This document shows, piece by piece, positions 20,189 through 29,323 of a stretch of DNA of 64,000 nucleotides. How positions within the stretch are numbered: position 1 is the stretch's first letter; the number at the start of each line of letters is the position of its first letter. The stretch lies in NCBI GenBank assembly GCA_000993615.1, contig LBWM01000001.1, positions 23,970-87,969 on the forward strand, given 5' to 3'. This DNA is from Candidatus Peregrinibacteria bacterium GW2011_GWF2_39_17 (GTDB taxonomy: Bacteria > Patescibacteriota > Gracilibacteria > UBA1369 > UBA12473). The translations under genes and the position numbers were made by a program. Below the pieces are notes generated by a model. It worked only from the letters and a program-made list of their open reading frames with translations, was not told where the DNA came from and did no database searches.

Positions 20189-22444
20189 CTACACAATAGG
20201 AGCTGCAAATTCTTCTTCCCCTGTTTGCTCGGAGGTTTGATTAGTGTTGGTTGCTTCATCCGATGTTCCTTCTGTCCATGCTTTTAAAACTTTTTCAACT
20301 TCGGCCACGGGTCTTGCATATTGAGATCTTGAATAATCGATAATTTCTCGGTAAATATTTTGGTCTAAAGTTGGAATATTCACTGTTCTTCCGGAAAAAG
20401 CATCTGTTACTTCTCCGTCAATTGACATTTTAATGTACATTTCGCGAACTCCCAGATTAATAATGTCTCTCACGAAAAAGCGCGGGGTGTATTCTTTTTC
20501 CAAAACCACGGCATCCTCGGCTCCTACTCGAAAATTAATAATCGAACCTACATTACCAAAAACCGTTGTTTTTACTAGATCCGTAAGTTGGCCCATATAC
20601 TGGTGAGCCATGGTTAAATTAAGTCGATATTTGCGTGCTTCAGAAAGGATTTCCGCAAAAGTGTCAGTGGCAAAATACTGAAATTCATCACAATATAAAT
20701 AAAAATCTTTGCGCTGTTCTTCTGGGGTATCCGCTCTTTCCATGGCTGCTTGTTGGATTTTGGTAACCATCATGGCACCAATTAATCCGCAATTTTCTTC
20801 TCCCAACTTCCCCTTGGAGATTTTCATAAGGAGAATCTTTTCTTTATCCATAATGCTCCGAATATCGATTTTATTTTCCGGCTGAGCTACGATATTTCGG
20901 ATTAAATCCGTAGATACAAATTGTCCAACCTTGTTAAGGAGTGGCATAATTGCTTCATTGTCAAATTTTTCACTCCAACCAGCAAATTCATTAACCCAAA
21001 AGTTTTTAATCACAGAATCCTGAATATTGGCCACGATTTTTTGTCGATAATTTTTATCTGATAACATTTTTAAAATCGATAAAATGGTGGTATTTGGCGT
21101 ATCTAAAAGAGCTAAAGTAGTGTAGCGCAGCACATGTTCTAGGCGTGGAGTCCAATTAGCTCCAAATAATTTTTTAAAAACTTCCACAAAGCCAATCGTT
21201 ACCCTGATTCGGTATTCGCGCGGCACACTAGCTAAAGGATTAAAAGCAATCGGATATTGGATATCTCCCGGATCGAAAACAATAACGTCTTTTTTGCGTG
21301 ATTCTGGGATATAGCGCAAGACATTGTCTACCAGGTCACCATGCGGATCAAGTACCCCAATCCCTTTTCCAGCTTGAATATCCGCATTAATTAAAAGTTC
21401 CAAAAGCTTACTCTTGCCGGTCCCGCTTTTGCCCACAATATAGAGATGACGGCGACGGTCAACACGCTTAATGCCAAAGGGAATATTTTGATTGTGATAA
21501 TTTGTGGTGCCAAAAACAGAAAGTTCGTTCGGTCCAAGAGCCTCGGCCTTTGGTAAGCTGTCCGGCGGTTCTTTTTTGCGCGAAACCACGTGCACAATAT
21601 GCGGTACATCATCTGGTTGCGGATAGTGGTAAATACTCGCTAATTCCTCGGTGTTAAAAATAAATGCTTTTTCATGTTCGGCTTTGAGATATTTAGAAAT
21701 AAAGGTTTTTTTATTGGCATTTGAGGAAGTAAAACTATTAAAATCCGTAGTATTGAATTGGTTGAAAATTCGCTTAAAACCATCTAATTTATTATCAGCA
21801 ATGGCTTGAGTCTGGGCTAAATAAGCAATACGAATACTAATCTTGAAAACATTTTTTTCCGCTTTTTTATTTATAGCGGTTTTTTCGTCTTCTTTTAAAG
21901 CGGTTTTACCTTTTAATTTAAAATAATCGCGTAGCCTGAAAATATTTTTAAAATTAATTAATTTAATATTGAGTTTTCTGGAAATATTAAGTTTCCAATC
22001 TTCCTCCATGGAAGTAGCCACTACCTGGATCCAAATGCCTTCTCCTTCTGAGGCTTTGGATAACACCGAAAAAACACCAGCCAAGGAATCTCCTTCGCAT
22101 TCTTTATAAGTTTTAATGGGATAAATATCGTTACGACCTAAATAAATATCAGCCCCGGCAAAGCCTCGTCCTGAATTTAGAATATCAGTGGTAACGTAAT
22201 CCTTTACCTCGAAAATTTCTGCATCGGAATATTTCCCATAAATTTGTCCTTCAACCACGCTTTTTACGTCAGCCTTAACCCGCACATAAAAATAAATGTG
22301 CTGATGCATGGATACCAGCTCAAAAGTTACATCTGCTCCGGTCATTACTTCATGTAAATTATCTACCAATTGCTCAAAAGAGGCTGCATCATTAATTCCA
22401 GGTGGAATTTTTACCAAGAGAAGATGGGTGCTGGTCGCTGACAT
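20189..22444 (-). CDS. VirB4/HerA/TrwB-like ATPase (T4SS coupling/DNA-binding domain protein)
   Basis: DRRRHLYIVGKSGTGKS, LDPHGDL, FYLYCDEFQ, SEARKYRL, AHQY. Likely start ATG 22444. Confidence 0.88.
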   Translation of the reverse strand: MSATSTHLLLVKIPPGINDAASFEQLVDNLHEVMTGADVTFELVSMHQHIYFYVRVKADVKSVVEGQIYGKYSDAEIFEVKDYVTTDILNSGRGFAGADIYLGRNDIYPIKTYKECEGDSLAGVFSVLSKASEGEGIWIQVVATSMEEDWKLNISRKLNIKLINFKNIFRLRDYFKLKGKTALKEDEKTAINKKAEKNVFKISIRIAYLAQTQAIADNKLDGFKRIFNQFNTTDFNSFTSSNANKKTFISKYLKAEHEKAFIFNTEELASIYHYPQPDDVPHIVHVVSRKKEPPDSLPKAEALGPNELSVFGTTNYHNQNIPFGIKRVDRRRHLYIVGKSGTGKSKLLELLINADIQAGKGIGVLDPHGDLVDNVLRYIPESRKKDVIVFDPGDIQYPIAFNPLASVPREYRIRVTIGFVEVFKKLFGANWTPRLEHVLRYTTLALLDTPNTTILSILKMLSDKNYRQKIVANIQDSVIKNFWVNEFAGWSEKFDNEAIMPLLNKVGQFVSTDLIRNIVAQPENKIDIRSIMDKEKILLMKISKGKLGEENCGLIGAMMVTKIQQAAMERADTPEEQRKDFYLYCDEFQYFATDTFAEILSEARKYRLNLTMAHQYMGQLTDLVKTTVFGNVGSIINFRVGAEDAVVLEKEYTPRFFVRDIINLGVREMYIKMSIDGEVTDAFSGRTVNIPTLDQNIYREIIDYSRSQYARPVAEVEKVLKAWTEGTSDEATNTNQTSEQTGEEEFAAPIV

Positions 22445-22475
22445 AATGGCTTTTTTATGCGGATTTACAAAGTTT

Positions 22476-22504
22476 ATTATAAGAGAAAGACTAAACAGGG
22501 TCAA
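22476..22504 (-). promoter_or_regulatory. sigma70-type promoter of the VirB4-like ATPase
   Basis: Minus strand TTGACC-N17-TATAAT about 30 nt upstream of ATG 22444. Confidence 0.7.
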
Positions 22505-22568
22505 TAAATCCGGTCATTGGTTCGATTATGGGAAAAGGCGATTAGTTCGTAATTTTATTTAGCCGTTT

Positions 22569-23015
22569 TTATTCCAATAATTTTGCCAGTTCTTTTTTAA
22601 ATGATTCTACGTCCTTAAATTGGCGGTAGACTGAGGCAAAACGAATATAGGCTACCTCGTCGATTTTTTTTAGGCCATCCATAATCCCTTTGCCAATTAG
22701 TTTAGTGGGGATTTCCTTGCCATGTGCGCTCCATTTGTCTTCTAGGTTATTTAAAAGCGCTTCAATTTGAGCTTCGGTAACTGGTCTTTTCTCGCACGAT
22801 TTCCAAATTCCCGATTCAATTTTTTCTCTTTGGTATGGCTCTCTGGAGCCATCTTTTTTTATAACCACAAAATGGGCTGCTTCAATGTGTTCAAAAGTAG
22901 TAAAACGAAAAGCGCAAGATTCGCATTCTCTTCGCCGTCGAATTTGGCGGCTAAAGTTGGTGTCACGTGAGTCAATAACGCGTGTTTCCGATTTTTTACA
23001 TTTTGGGCAACGCAT
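22569..23015 (-). CDS. nrdR: transcriptional repressor NrdR
   Basis: MRCPKC, VIDSR, RRRRECESC, RFTTFE, ATP-cone, VAYIRFASVY. Confidence 0.97.
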   Translation of the reverse strand: MRCPKCKKSETRVIDSRDTNFSRQIRRRRECESCAFRFTTFEHIEAAHFVVIKKDGSREPYQREKIESGIWKSCEKRPVTEAQIEALLNNLEDKWSAHGKEIPTKLIGKGIMDGLKKIDEVAYIRFASVYRQFKDVESFKKELAKLLE

Positions 23016-23077
23016 AAATTTTAATCCGTAAGAATTGAGGAAAAGCTGAAAGCAAATTTATTTTATCTTAATTTAAT

Positions 23078-23112
23078 AAAAAAGTCCCCAAAGTAGGTTT
23101 AGTTTTGGGGAC
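23078..23112 (-). terminator. intrinsic terminator after the three-gene surface-protein cluster
   Basis: GTCCCCAAA/TTTGGGGAC stem with a T-run on the minus strand. Confidence 0.65.
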
Positions 23113-23144
23113 AAAATTTTTGCTAATTTTTAGAAAAGATTTTT

Positions 23145-23933
23145 CTAAGGAAAAGTTACCGTGTCTAACTTAATTGAAGCAGCAGCAGTGGGAAGTCCGT
23201 ATGTTGCGGGGGCTAGACTGTCAGGATAAGCTGAATTGAGGTAAGTTTTTCCTGCTTGTAAAATAAAACGAGAATTAGTTTTATTTACTTCATTATAGTC
23301 AGAACCAGATACTGGGCCTGGGCCGCTGGTAGTAATGGCGTCCCCAACAAGGCTAACTGTAATTTGAGGCGTACCTGTTACTACTTGCCCGAAAGGAGTT
23401 TCCATCTCCAGGACGGCAAGGGTTGTAGCGGCACTAAATGTTTTAGTTTCGCTAGGCAGTAAACTTATTGGAGAGTTTAGCGAAAAGGCAACATAACCAT
23501 TACTATCTCCATTTGAATAGGAAAGGATTTTATTGTCAGTGGACATCAATTGCCAACCATTTGGTTTTGTTAAATAAGACGCATTTAACCATTCTTGGGT
23601 AAATTGGGCCGTTATTTTATAAATTTTAATTTCTTCCGCATAATGATTAGCGATTTTAAAATTATAAACCTTAGTAGCAGGAAGAGCTGCCCCGTTTACT
23701 GAAGTTAACGTAATCGAGGTATTGCCCGACATGCTAACTTCTAGGGCGCCTTTAATAGAGCTATCGAAAGCCTTTTGGTCTTTTTCGGATTGCGCTGAAG
23801 ATTTGTTATTGCTGCTAATTTTAGTTCTTCCTTGTAAATCGCTAAGGTTGTTAACCCCTAGTGCCACTGCTGCAACTATCATTACAGTGAGGAAGCCGTA
23901 TAAAAGGTGTTTGTATTTTGGGGAGTAAAACAT
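23145..23933 (-). CDS. exported protein with TM-LQG N-terminus and one S-layer-like beta domain
   Basis: Likely start MFYSPKYK at 23933. N-terminus aligns without gaps to the two upstream genes. Confidence 0.75.
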   Translation of the reverse strand: MFYSPKYKHLLYGFLTVMIVAAVALGVNNLSDLQGRTKISSNNKSSAQSEKDQKAFDSSIKGALEVSMSGNTSITLTSVNGAALPATKVYNFKIANHYAEEIKIYKITAQFTQEWLNASYLTKPNGWQLMSTDNKILSYSNGDSNGYVAFSLNSPISLLPSETKTFSAATTLAVLEMETPFGQVVTGTPQITVSLVGDAITTSGPGPVSGSDYNEVNKTNSRFILQAGKTYLNSAYPDSLAPATYGLPTAAASIKLDTVTFP

Positions 23934-23965
23934 ATAAAAAGAGGTAAAAGTTGTAATTAAAATTT

Positions 23966-25198
23966 TTAAAGTCCGCTCATCCAAGCACTAAGATCTTTGG
24001 TGCTAAGGATCTGGTCTGGTTTAAAGGTGTTGCCATATTCTTTGCCAATACCCTTTTCGTAAAGCGATTCGGTGTATCCGGCATAGGCATCTCCTTTTGG
24101 TACATCTGTCCAGTATCCAGAATAAGGAGGATTTAATTTATAAGCCATACTTATAATTCGAGCTGCTTCTTCGCGACTAACAGCTTTTTCCGGATGACAA
24201 TAACTATCAAGCGGTTGAACTAGCCAGCCTTGATGGATCGCATATTCAAAAGCTTGATAATATTCACTGGAGTGAGCGATATCTTTGGTACAATAATCCA
24301 TATAACTATTGTCTGCGATATTTAGATCTTGGTGAATTTGATTCAGAAAATCACCCATAGTTACTTCTACTATTGGTTCTTGGCAAAGTGCAGCGCTACC
24401 ACAAGAGGTAGTCGTGGTGCTGTCATTGCTTGGGAATCCTGCAAGGACAGAAGTGCCATTAATATTGTAAGCTGAGGTAAAGTAAACACCACTGGTTTCA
24501 TCAAAGAAAATAAGATTATTTTGATTAGTATTTAGGGTTTCCAGGCTAGTGGCAGAAGTTACGGCTAGTTCTCCGGCGGTAGCATCTTTAACTAATTTAG
24601 TGGCTATAGTGGCTTCATGCTTATAGGTATAACTGGACGGAATACTCAAGGTTGCGCTAACCACAAAATTTGCGGTTTCGTTTGGTTTTAAGGAAGTAGG
24701 AGATTCAAAAACAAACTGAATATTGCTATTATACAAAGTGCCGTAAGCTGTTTTTCTTTTACTAGTTAATGTCCAGGCATTTTCAGCGCTTAAGGTAGTA
24801 CCATCCCATTCTTTAGCTGCAAAATTGGCAGTTACTTTATAGACATCGACAATACCAGTGTGATGATTAGTCATGGAAAATTCGTAAACCGGAGTTGGCG
24901 AAGTACCATCATAATCCTCTGGGATATTTTGAGTCGCTGGGCTAACTTGTTTAACCTCAATCGCGTTAGTAAAAGAGGCGCTGGTTTGAGCAACGTTATT
25001 ATCAATTTGTTGTTGAATTTGATCTTGGGTTGAAGTTGGCTGGGTTGCTGATTGTTGAGCTGAAGGTGTTTGATTGTTTTTAATCCGAGTTGCGCCTTGT
25101 AAATTTTCAAGATTGCTGGCGCCTACCGCAATAGCTGTGATTATTACTACGGCTAAAGCGCCGAGTAAAAGGGATTTATGTTTTTGAGAGGTAAACAT
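23966..25198 (-). CDS. exported protein with TM-LQG N-terminus, S-layer-like beta domain and C-terminal SLH-like repeats
   Basis: PEKAVSREEAA, WTDVPKGDAYAGYTESLYEKGI, FKPDQILS. Confidence 0.8.
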   Translation of the reverse strand: MFTSQKHKSLLLGALAVVIITAIAVGASNLENLQGATRIKNNQTPSAQQSATQPTSTQDQIQQQIDNNVAQTSASFTNAIEVKQVSPATQNIPEDYDGTSPTPVYEFSMTNHHTGIVDVYKVTANFAAKEWDGTTLSAENAWTLTSKRKTAYGTLYNSNIQFVFESPTSLKPNETANFVVSATLSIPSSYTYKHEATIATKLVKDATAGELAVTSATSLETLNTNQNNLIFFDETSGVYFTSAYNINGTSVLAGFPSNDSTTTTSCGSAALCQEPIVEVTMGDFLNQIHQDLNIADNSYMDYCTKDIAHSSEYYQAFEYAIHQGWLVQPLDSYCHPEKAVSREEAARIISMAYKLNPPYSGYWTDVPKGDAYAGYTESLYEKGIGKEYGNTFKPDQILSTKDLSAWMSGL

Positions 25199-25239
25199 AA
25201 GGTAAAGGGGTTAGAGATAAATAGAAAATAAGTAAAAAA

Positions 25240-26754
25240 TTAGTTTAAAACTTTTTGAGTAGAGGAAACTCGGCAACTAGAATCATTTGCCGGGCAAAGC
25301 AAGTCTAAATTTGCAGTTGGTAAATAATAAGCGCGATAACCATTTGTCCAGTCGGCAGTATTGGTTGGAGAATGCCCTGGGGCAGATATGTCAGACCAAA
25401 CTATGCCACCTGGGACATTGGCAGCGTAATTATTTGCGGAATGTTCTTTGGCGTTTTCTTGAATTAGGCGAGTGCTAACTGTGGCTTCTTGGCTACTCGA
25501 TTGATAGATTAAAGGTGCATTCAAGGCGTAATAACGAGTGGCTCCGCGGCTGATAATTCTTTCTTCTTCAAAAACAATAGTTACCTGCTTTGAAGTTGAA
25601 TCCCATGTTCCTGTTCCCAGAGCTTTACCGCCGACGATTTTGTCCCCGGTATAATCATACTCAGTGATATTAAAACCATTTGCTTGTTGGAGACTGGAAA
25701 GATTTAAGCCAGTTTCTTCAACATCGAACGTGACTTTATAAAGAGCCACATCACCCGCGTTATTAGCTACAACAGAGAAACAATAAATTGGCGTAGTGGC
25801 TTCATAAGCTGTTAATTTTCCATTTTGGGCGCAAGGCGAAAAGCTACTACTGAAATCTTCTTTATAAACAGGCAAACTCTGGTAAAGGGCTACTTGATTG
25901 GAATAAAGTTTATTGTCCGGGACTTTTAAGCGCGGAGAATCAGGGGTAACTGAGACTTTGGAAGTTTGTCCTGTAGCTAGAAAAGCATTTTTAACAAAAT
26001 CCAATTCGATTTGATCGCCAGAATTAGTGCCTTGCCCAATATTATTAGTGATAGCAAAAACTTTAAGGGTTACAGCCTTTTCGTCTCCGGTTGAAGCCGG
26101 AATCATAAAATTCAGGTTGGAAAAAGTGGCTACGCCGTTTTTTAGAACAGCGGAAGCCGCACCGTTAAGATTGGTTGGTGCACTTAAAGAAGTAGGATAA
26201 TGAATTACTACAGCCTCAACTGCTTTTTCATTGGTTTTATCTCCTTTAGCTAAAGATAAACTGGTAATTTTAAAGGATTCGCCATTGGCATATAGTTTAT
26301 AGTTAGCCACTGGAATTGGATTAGATGCAGAATCAGCTCCAGCCACGGCAATACTGTCAAAAATTGAATCCGTGGAATTATTGACATAAATTGTCCCCTC
26401 TCTTAAAGGGGCCGCATTTGATGTTTTGATGCTTGGAGTCGGAGGCGCTTCATCTAGTATTGGTTCTGCTGGTTCTTCAATTGGAGCTGGCTCCTCCTCA
26501 ATTGGAGCCGGGTCTTCGATTGGAGCTGAATTCTCCACTTTTCCACCGCCCCCACCATCGCTTGATATACCTTCATTAACTACGTTGTTAGCGCTAATAT
26601 CTTCAGATGTGGGCATTGATCCTGAGCTAGTAGATCCAAGTTTAACTTTTCCTTGAAATCTTAGTAAATCAGTGCCACCAAGTACTACAGCTACGATTAT
26701 GAATGTGATTACTGTTCCGTAAAGAAAGGTTTTTTGTTTGGATGAGATGATCAT
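25240..26754 (-). CDS. exported paralog of the S-layer protein C-terminal region, with TM-FQG N-terminus and Pro/Glu linker
   Basis: Blocks collinear with 47697-51641, e.g. VALYQSLP/VALYKTLP, DVALYKVTFD/DVALYKLTFD, VWSDIS/VWSDMS and DWT. Confidence 0.8.
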   Translation of the reverse strand: MIISSKQKTFLYGTVITFIIVAVVLGGTDLLRFQGKVKLGSTSSGSMPTSEDISANNVVNEGISSDGGGGGKVENSAPIEDPAPIEEEPAPIEEPAEPILDEAPPTPSIKTSNAAPLREGTIYVNNSTDSIFDSIAVAGADSASNPIPVANYKLYANGESFKITSLSLAKGDKTNEKAVEAVVIHYPTSLSAPTNLNGAASAVLKNGVATFSNLNFMIPASTGDEKAVTLKVFAITNNIGQGTNSGDQIELDFVKNAFLATGQTSKVSVTPDSPRLKVPDNKLYSNQVALYQSLPVYKEDFSSSFSPCAQNGKLTAYEATTPIYCFSVVANNAGDVALYKVTFDVEETGLNLSSLQQANGFNITEYDYTGDKIVGGKALGTGTWDSTSKQVTIVFEEERIISRGATRYYALNAPLIYQSSSQEATVSTRLIQENAKEHSANNYAANVPGGIVWSDISAPGHSPTNTADWTNGYRAYYLPTANLDLLCPANDSSCRVSSTQKVLN

Positions 26755-26890
26755 AGATGTAATTTTTAGGATTTAAGAAAATTTAAAAATGCACAAATCA
26801 AATAATAGTAACATAAAAATTGAAATAAGTCTAGAAAAATGCTACAATAATATAATTGCCAAGAAATCATAAAAATAAACAACAAAATTA

Positions 26891-28072
26891 ATGTTTCAAG
26901 AGATCATCCAGGTTCCGTGGGTTCAGCTCCTTATCGCAATTGGTTTAGCTACTTTGCCGGTTTTTATATGGATGAATTTTTTGTTTCAAAAGAAAGATGT
27001 CTCCAAAAAAACTCTTATTAAAGTGTTTTTATTTGGGGTTTTTTCCGTATTGCCCCTTTTAGGTATTCAATATATATGGCTATTTCATCCGGAATTTGAT
27101 GTTTATGAAATTGCGCAGAAAAGTGCAACCGATATTCACTTAGGTTTTTTATTTACTTTTATCGCTGTTGGTATTTTTGAGGAAATTACCAAATTTAATA
27201 TGCTAAGGCATCTTAAATGGGCCAAGGTTGAAATTAAAAGCATTAATGACGCTATGCGTTATATTTTGGTTATTGCTCTTGGGTTTGCGTTTACGGAAAA
27301 TATTCTTTATTTTTTGGATATTATTCGCACTGCTCATCTGGGGGAATTGTTTAGTGCCGTAGTGTTTAGAGCTATTTTTACAACTGCTGGGCACATGACT
27401 TTTTCTAGTATTGTGGCTTATTATTACGCTATTGGGAAATTCGGAAATCCTATTTTGGAATTAGATCGGTGGACTGGTCGTCAGCATAAATTTTTAGCTT
27501 ACTTACAGGAGAAATTAGGATTTAAGGAAAGTAATATTTTCCATATTCAACAAACCCTCGAAGGTTTATATCTCGCCATGGGCTTACATGCTTTATTTAA
27601 TTTTTCCTTGCAGATGAATAAACTTGGTTATGCTTTAGGAATCGTTATTTTGGGATTTATTTTAGTCCTTTATCTAGGGAAAAAACGCACCACCTATTTA
27701 GTGTTTACTGATGAGGAAAGAGCCAAGCCTTCTACTATTGGAGAAGCTGAAGAAAAAGTAGTCATTGAGCTTATGGGGATGTGGTTTAATGAGGGTAAAT
27801 ATAATGAAGTAATTGAAATTTGTGATCGGTTAGCTAAAAGAGATCCTGATAATAAAGTAGTTAAGCTTTTTAGGGCTAAAGCAGTGGATCAAAAAAAGAT
27901 TAAAAGGGTTAAAAGAGCAATTCATCTCCTTTTTTCTGAGGAGGATTATGATGTTGAAAAAGAAGAAATGAGCCTTTTTGAGCGCTTAAAAAAGACCCAA
28001 GAAGAAAAAAGCAGCTTATTATTAAGCCATCAGCCCGCAAAGCAGCAATCTGTTCCGCCAGTGATCGATTAA
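26891..28072 (+). CDS. PrsW-family glutamic intramembrane protease with C-terminal TPR-like extension
   Basis: EEITK, GFAFTEN, GHMTFS, HALFN and multiple TMs. C-terminal GKYNEVIEICDRLAKRDPDN. Confidence 0.88.
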   Translation: MFQEIIQVPWVQLLIAIGLATLPVFIWMNFLFQKKDVSKKTLIKVFLFGVFSVLPLLGIQYIWLFHPEFDVYEIAQKSATDIHLGFLFTFIAVGIFEEITKFNMLRHLKWAKVEIKSINDAMRYILVIALGFAFTENILYFLDIIRTAHLGELFSAVVFRAIFTTAGHMTFSSIVAYYYAIGKFGNPILELDRWTGRQHKFLAYLQEKLGFKESNIFHIQQTLEGLYLAMGLHALFNFSLQMNKLGYALGIVILGFILVLYLGKKRTTYLVFTDEERAKPSTIGEAEEKVVIELMGMWFNEGKYNEVIEICDRLAKRDPDNKVVKLFRAKAVDQKKIKRVKRAIHLLFSEEDYDVEKEEMSLFERLKKTQEEKSSLLLSHQPAKQQSVPPVID

Positions 28073-28120
28073 ATAAAGTCTAAAGAGCTATTTAGGCTAA
28101 CGGAGTATGATCCGGGATCA

Positions 28121-29263
28121 TCAAAGAGAAGGTGTGTGAATGCGTGCTTCTTGCTTGGCAAAATCATCCGTCATCCCAGCTAAGTAATCTTTAATAACGA
28201 TTTCCGGGTTAATTCCATCTTTAATCTGTTTTTGTTCTTCTTTTGGAAGCAATTCATGGTTGGCATGATATCTGGCAAAAAGTATTTTTAAAGTTTTTTG
28301 TCCGTGGCGCGATATACTCAAGACTTGAGGGTGAAAATAAAGATGGTCAGTTAAAAATTTTTTCAATTCAGCATTCCATACAACCTGAGTGGGGCTAAAA
28401 GAAATTAATTTTTTTTTGCTTTTATAAACTTTTTCTAAAGAGTTAATGTTGTTTTTTTCTAAAATTAGATTGGAAAAATTAATCAAATCTTGAATCATTA
28501 ATCCGATCATGGTGCTTATTAGGCGCGCTTGCCTAATATTTGTTTGTCTAATACTCCCATACCTGTTATTAACTTGATCTTCCACTGCTTGCCAAATGGA
28601 CAATTTTCTAAGTTCTTTCTCGGTAATTAAGCCGGCTCGCAAGCCATCATCAATATCATGATTACTGTAAGCGATTTCATCCGCTAAATTTACGACTTGA
28701 GCTTCAAGGCTGGTACTGTGGAATTTGGAGGTTTTTTGATCCCAAGGGCTTTGGTGTTTTAAAAGTCCTTGTCTGACCTCAAATGACAAATTCAATCCTG
28801 AAAAATCCGGATAAACATTTTCTAAAATTTCCACAATTCTTTTGCTTTGTTGATTATGTTCAAAATGTAAACCAAAAGGACGTAAAATTTCATCAAGTGC
28901 CTCCTGGCCGGCATGGCCAAAAGGAGTATGTCCTAGGTCGTGAGCCAGGGCGATGGTTTCCGCTAAATCCTCATTTAAACCCAAAGAGCGAGCAAGATCG
29001 CGGCTTATTTGAGCCACTTCTAGGCTATGAGTTAGGCGAGTGCGATAATGATCCCCGTAGTGCGCTACAAAAACCTGAGTTTTCATCTTAAGCCGTCGAA
29101 AAGCTCGGCAATGGATAATCCGATCGCGGTCTTTTTGAAAAGGAAGGCGAGTTAAATCTTCGTTTTCTTGATATTCTCTCCCCCGTGAATCCTTGCTTTT
29201 AACTGCATAAGGGGCTAGTACTTGATTCTCAATTATGATAAGTTTATCTCGGTCATAAATCAT
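28121..29263 (-). CDS. dgt: dGTP triphosphohydrolase-like HD protein
   Basis: FQKDRDRIIH, KTQVF, RTRLTHSLEV, HDLGHTPFGHAG, ADEIAY, DYLAGMTD. Likely start 29263. Confidence 0.95.
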   Translation of the reverse strand: MIYDRDKLIIIENQVLAPYAVKSKDSRGREYQENEDLTRLPFQKDRDRIIHCRAFRRLKMKTQVFVAHYGDHYRTRLTHSLEVAQISRDLARSLGLNEDLAETIALAHDLGHTPFGHAGQEALDEILRPFGLHFEHNQQSKRIVEILENVYPDFSGLNLSFEVRQGLLKHQSPWDQKTSKFHSTSLEAQVVNLADEIAYSNHDIDDGLRAGLITEKELRKLSIWQAVEDQVNNRYGSIRQTNIRQARLISTMIGLMIQDLINFSNLILEKNNINSLEKVYKSKKKLISFSPTQVVWNAELKKFLTDHLYFHPQVLSISRHGQKTLKILFARYHANHELLPKEEQKQIKDGINPEIVIKDYLAGMTDDFAKQEARIHTPSL

Positions 29264-29323
29264 AGGGAATTCACTATAACATATTGCCCCAAAAATCATT
29301 ATCGAATCTTCAATATTTTGATT

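Noticed and set aside
24864..24873. Exact TGATTAGTCA inside a coding sequence
   Set aside because: A single isolated 10-mer in AT-rich DNA is compatible with chance, so it was not counted as a site.
26455..26530. Short tandem DNA repeats encoding PIEDPA/PIEEEPA/PIEEPA
   Set aside because: An ordinary in-frame Pro/Glu linker with synonymous divergence and no sign of phase variation.
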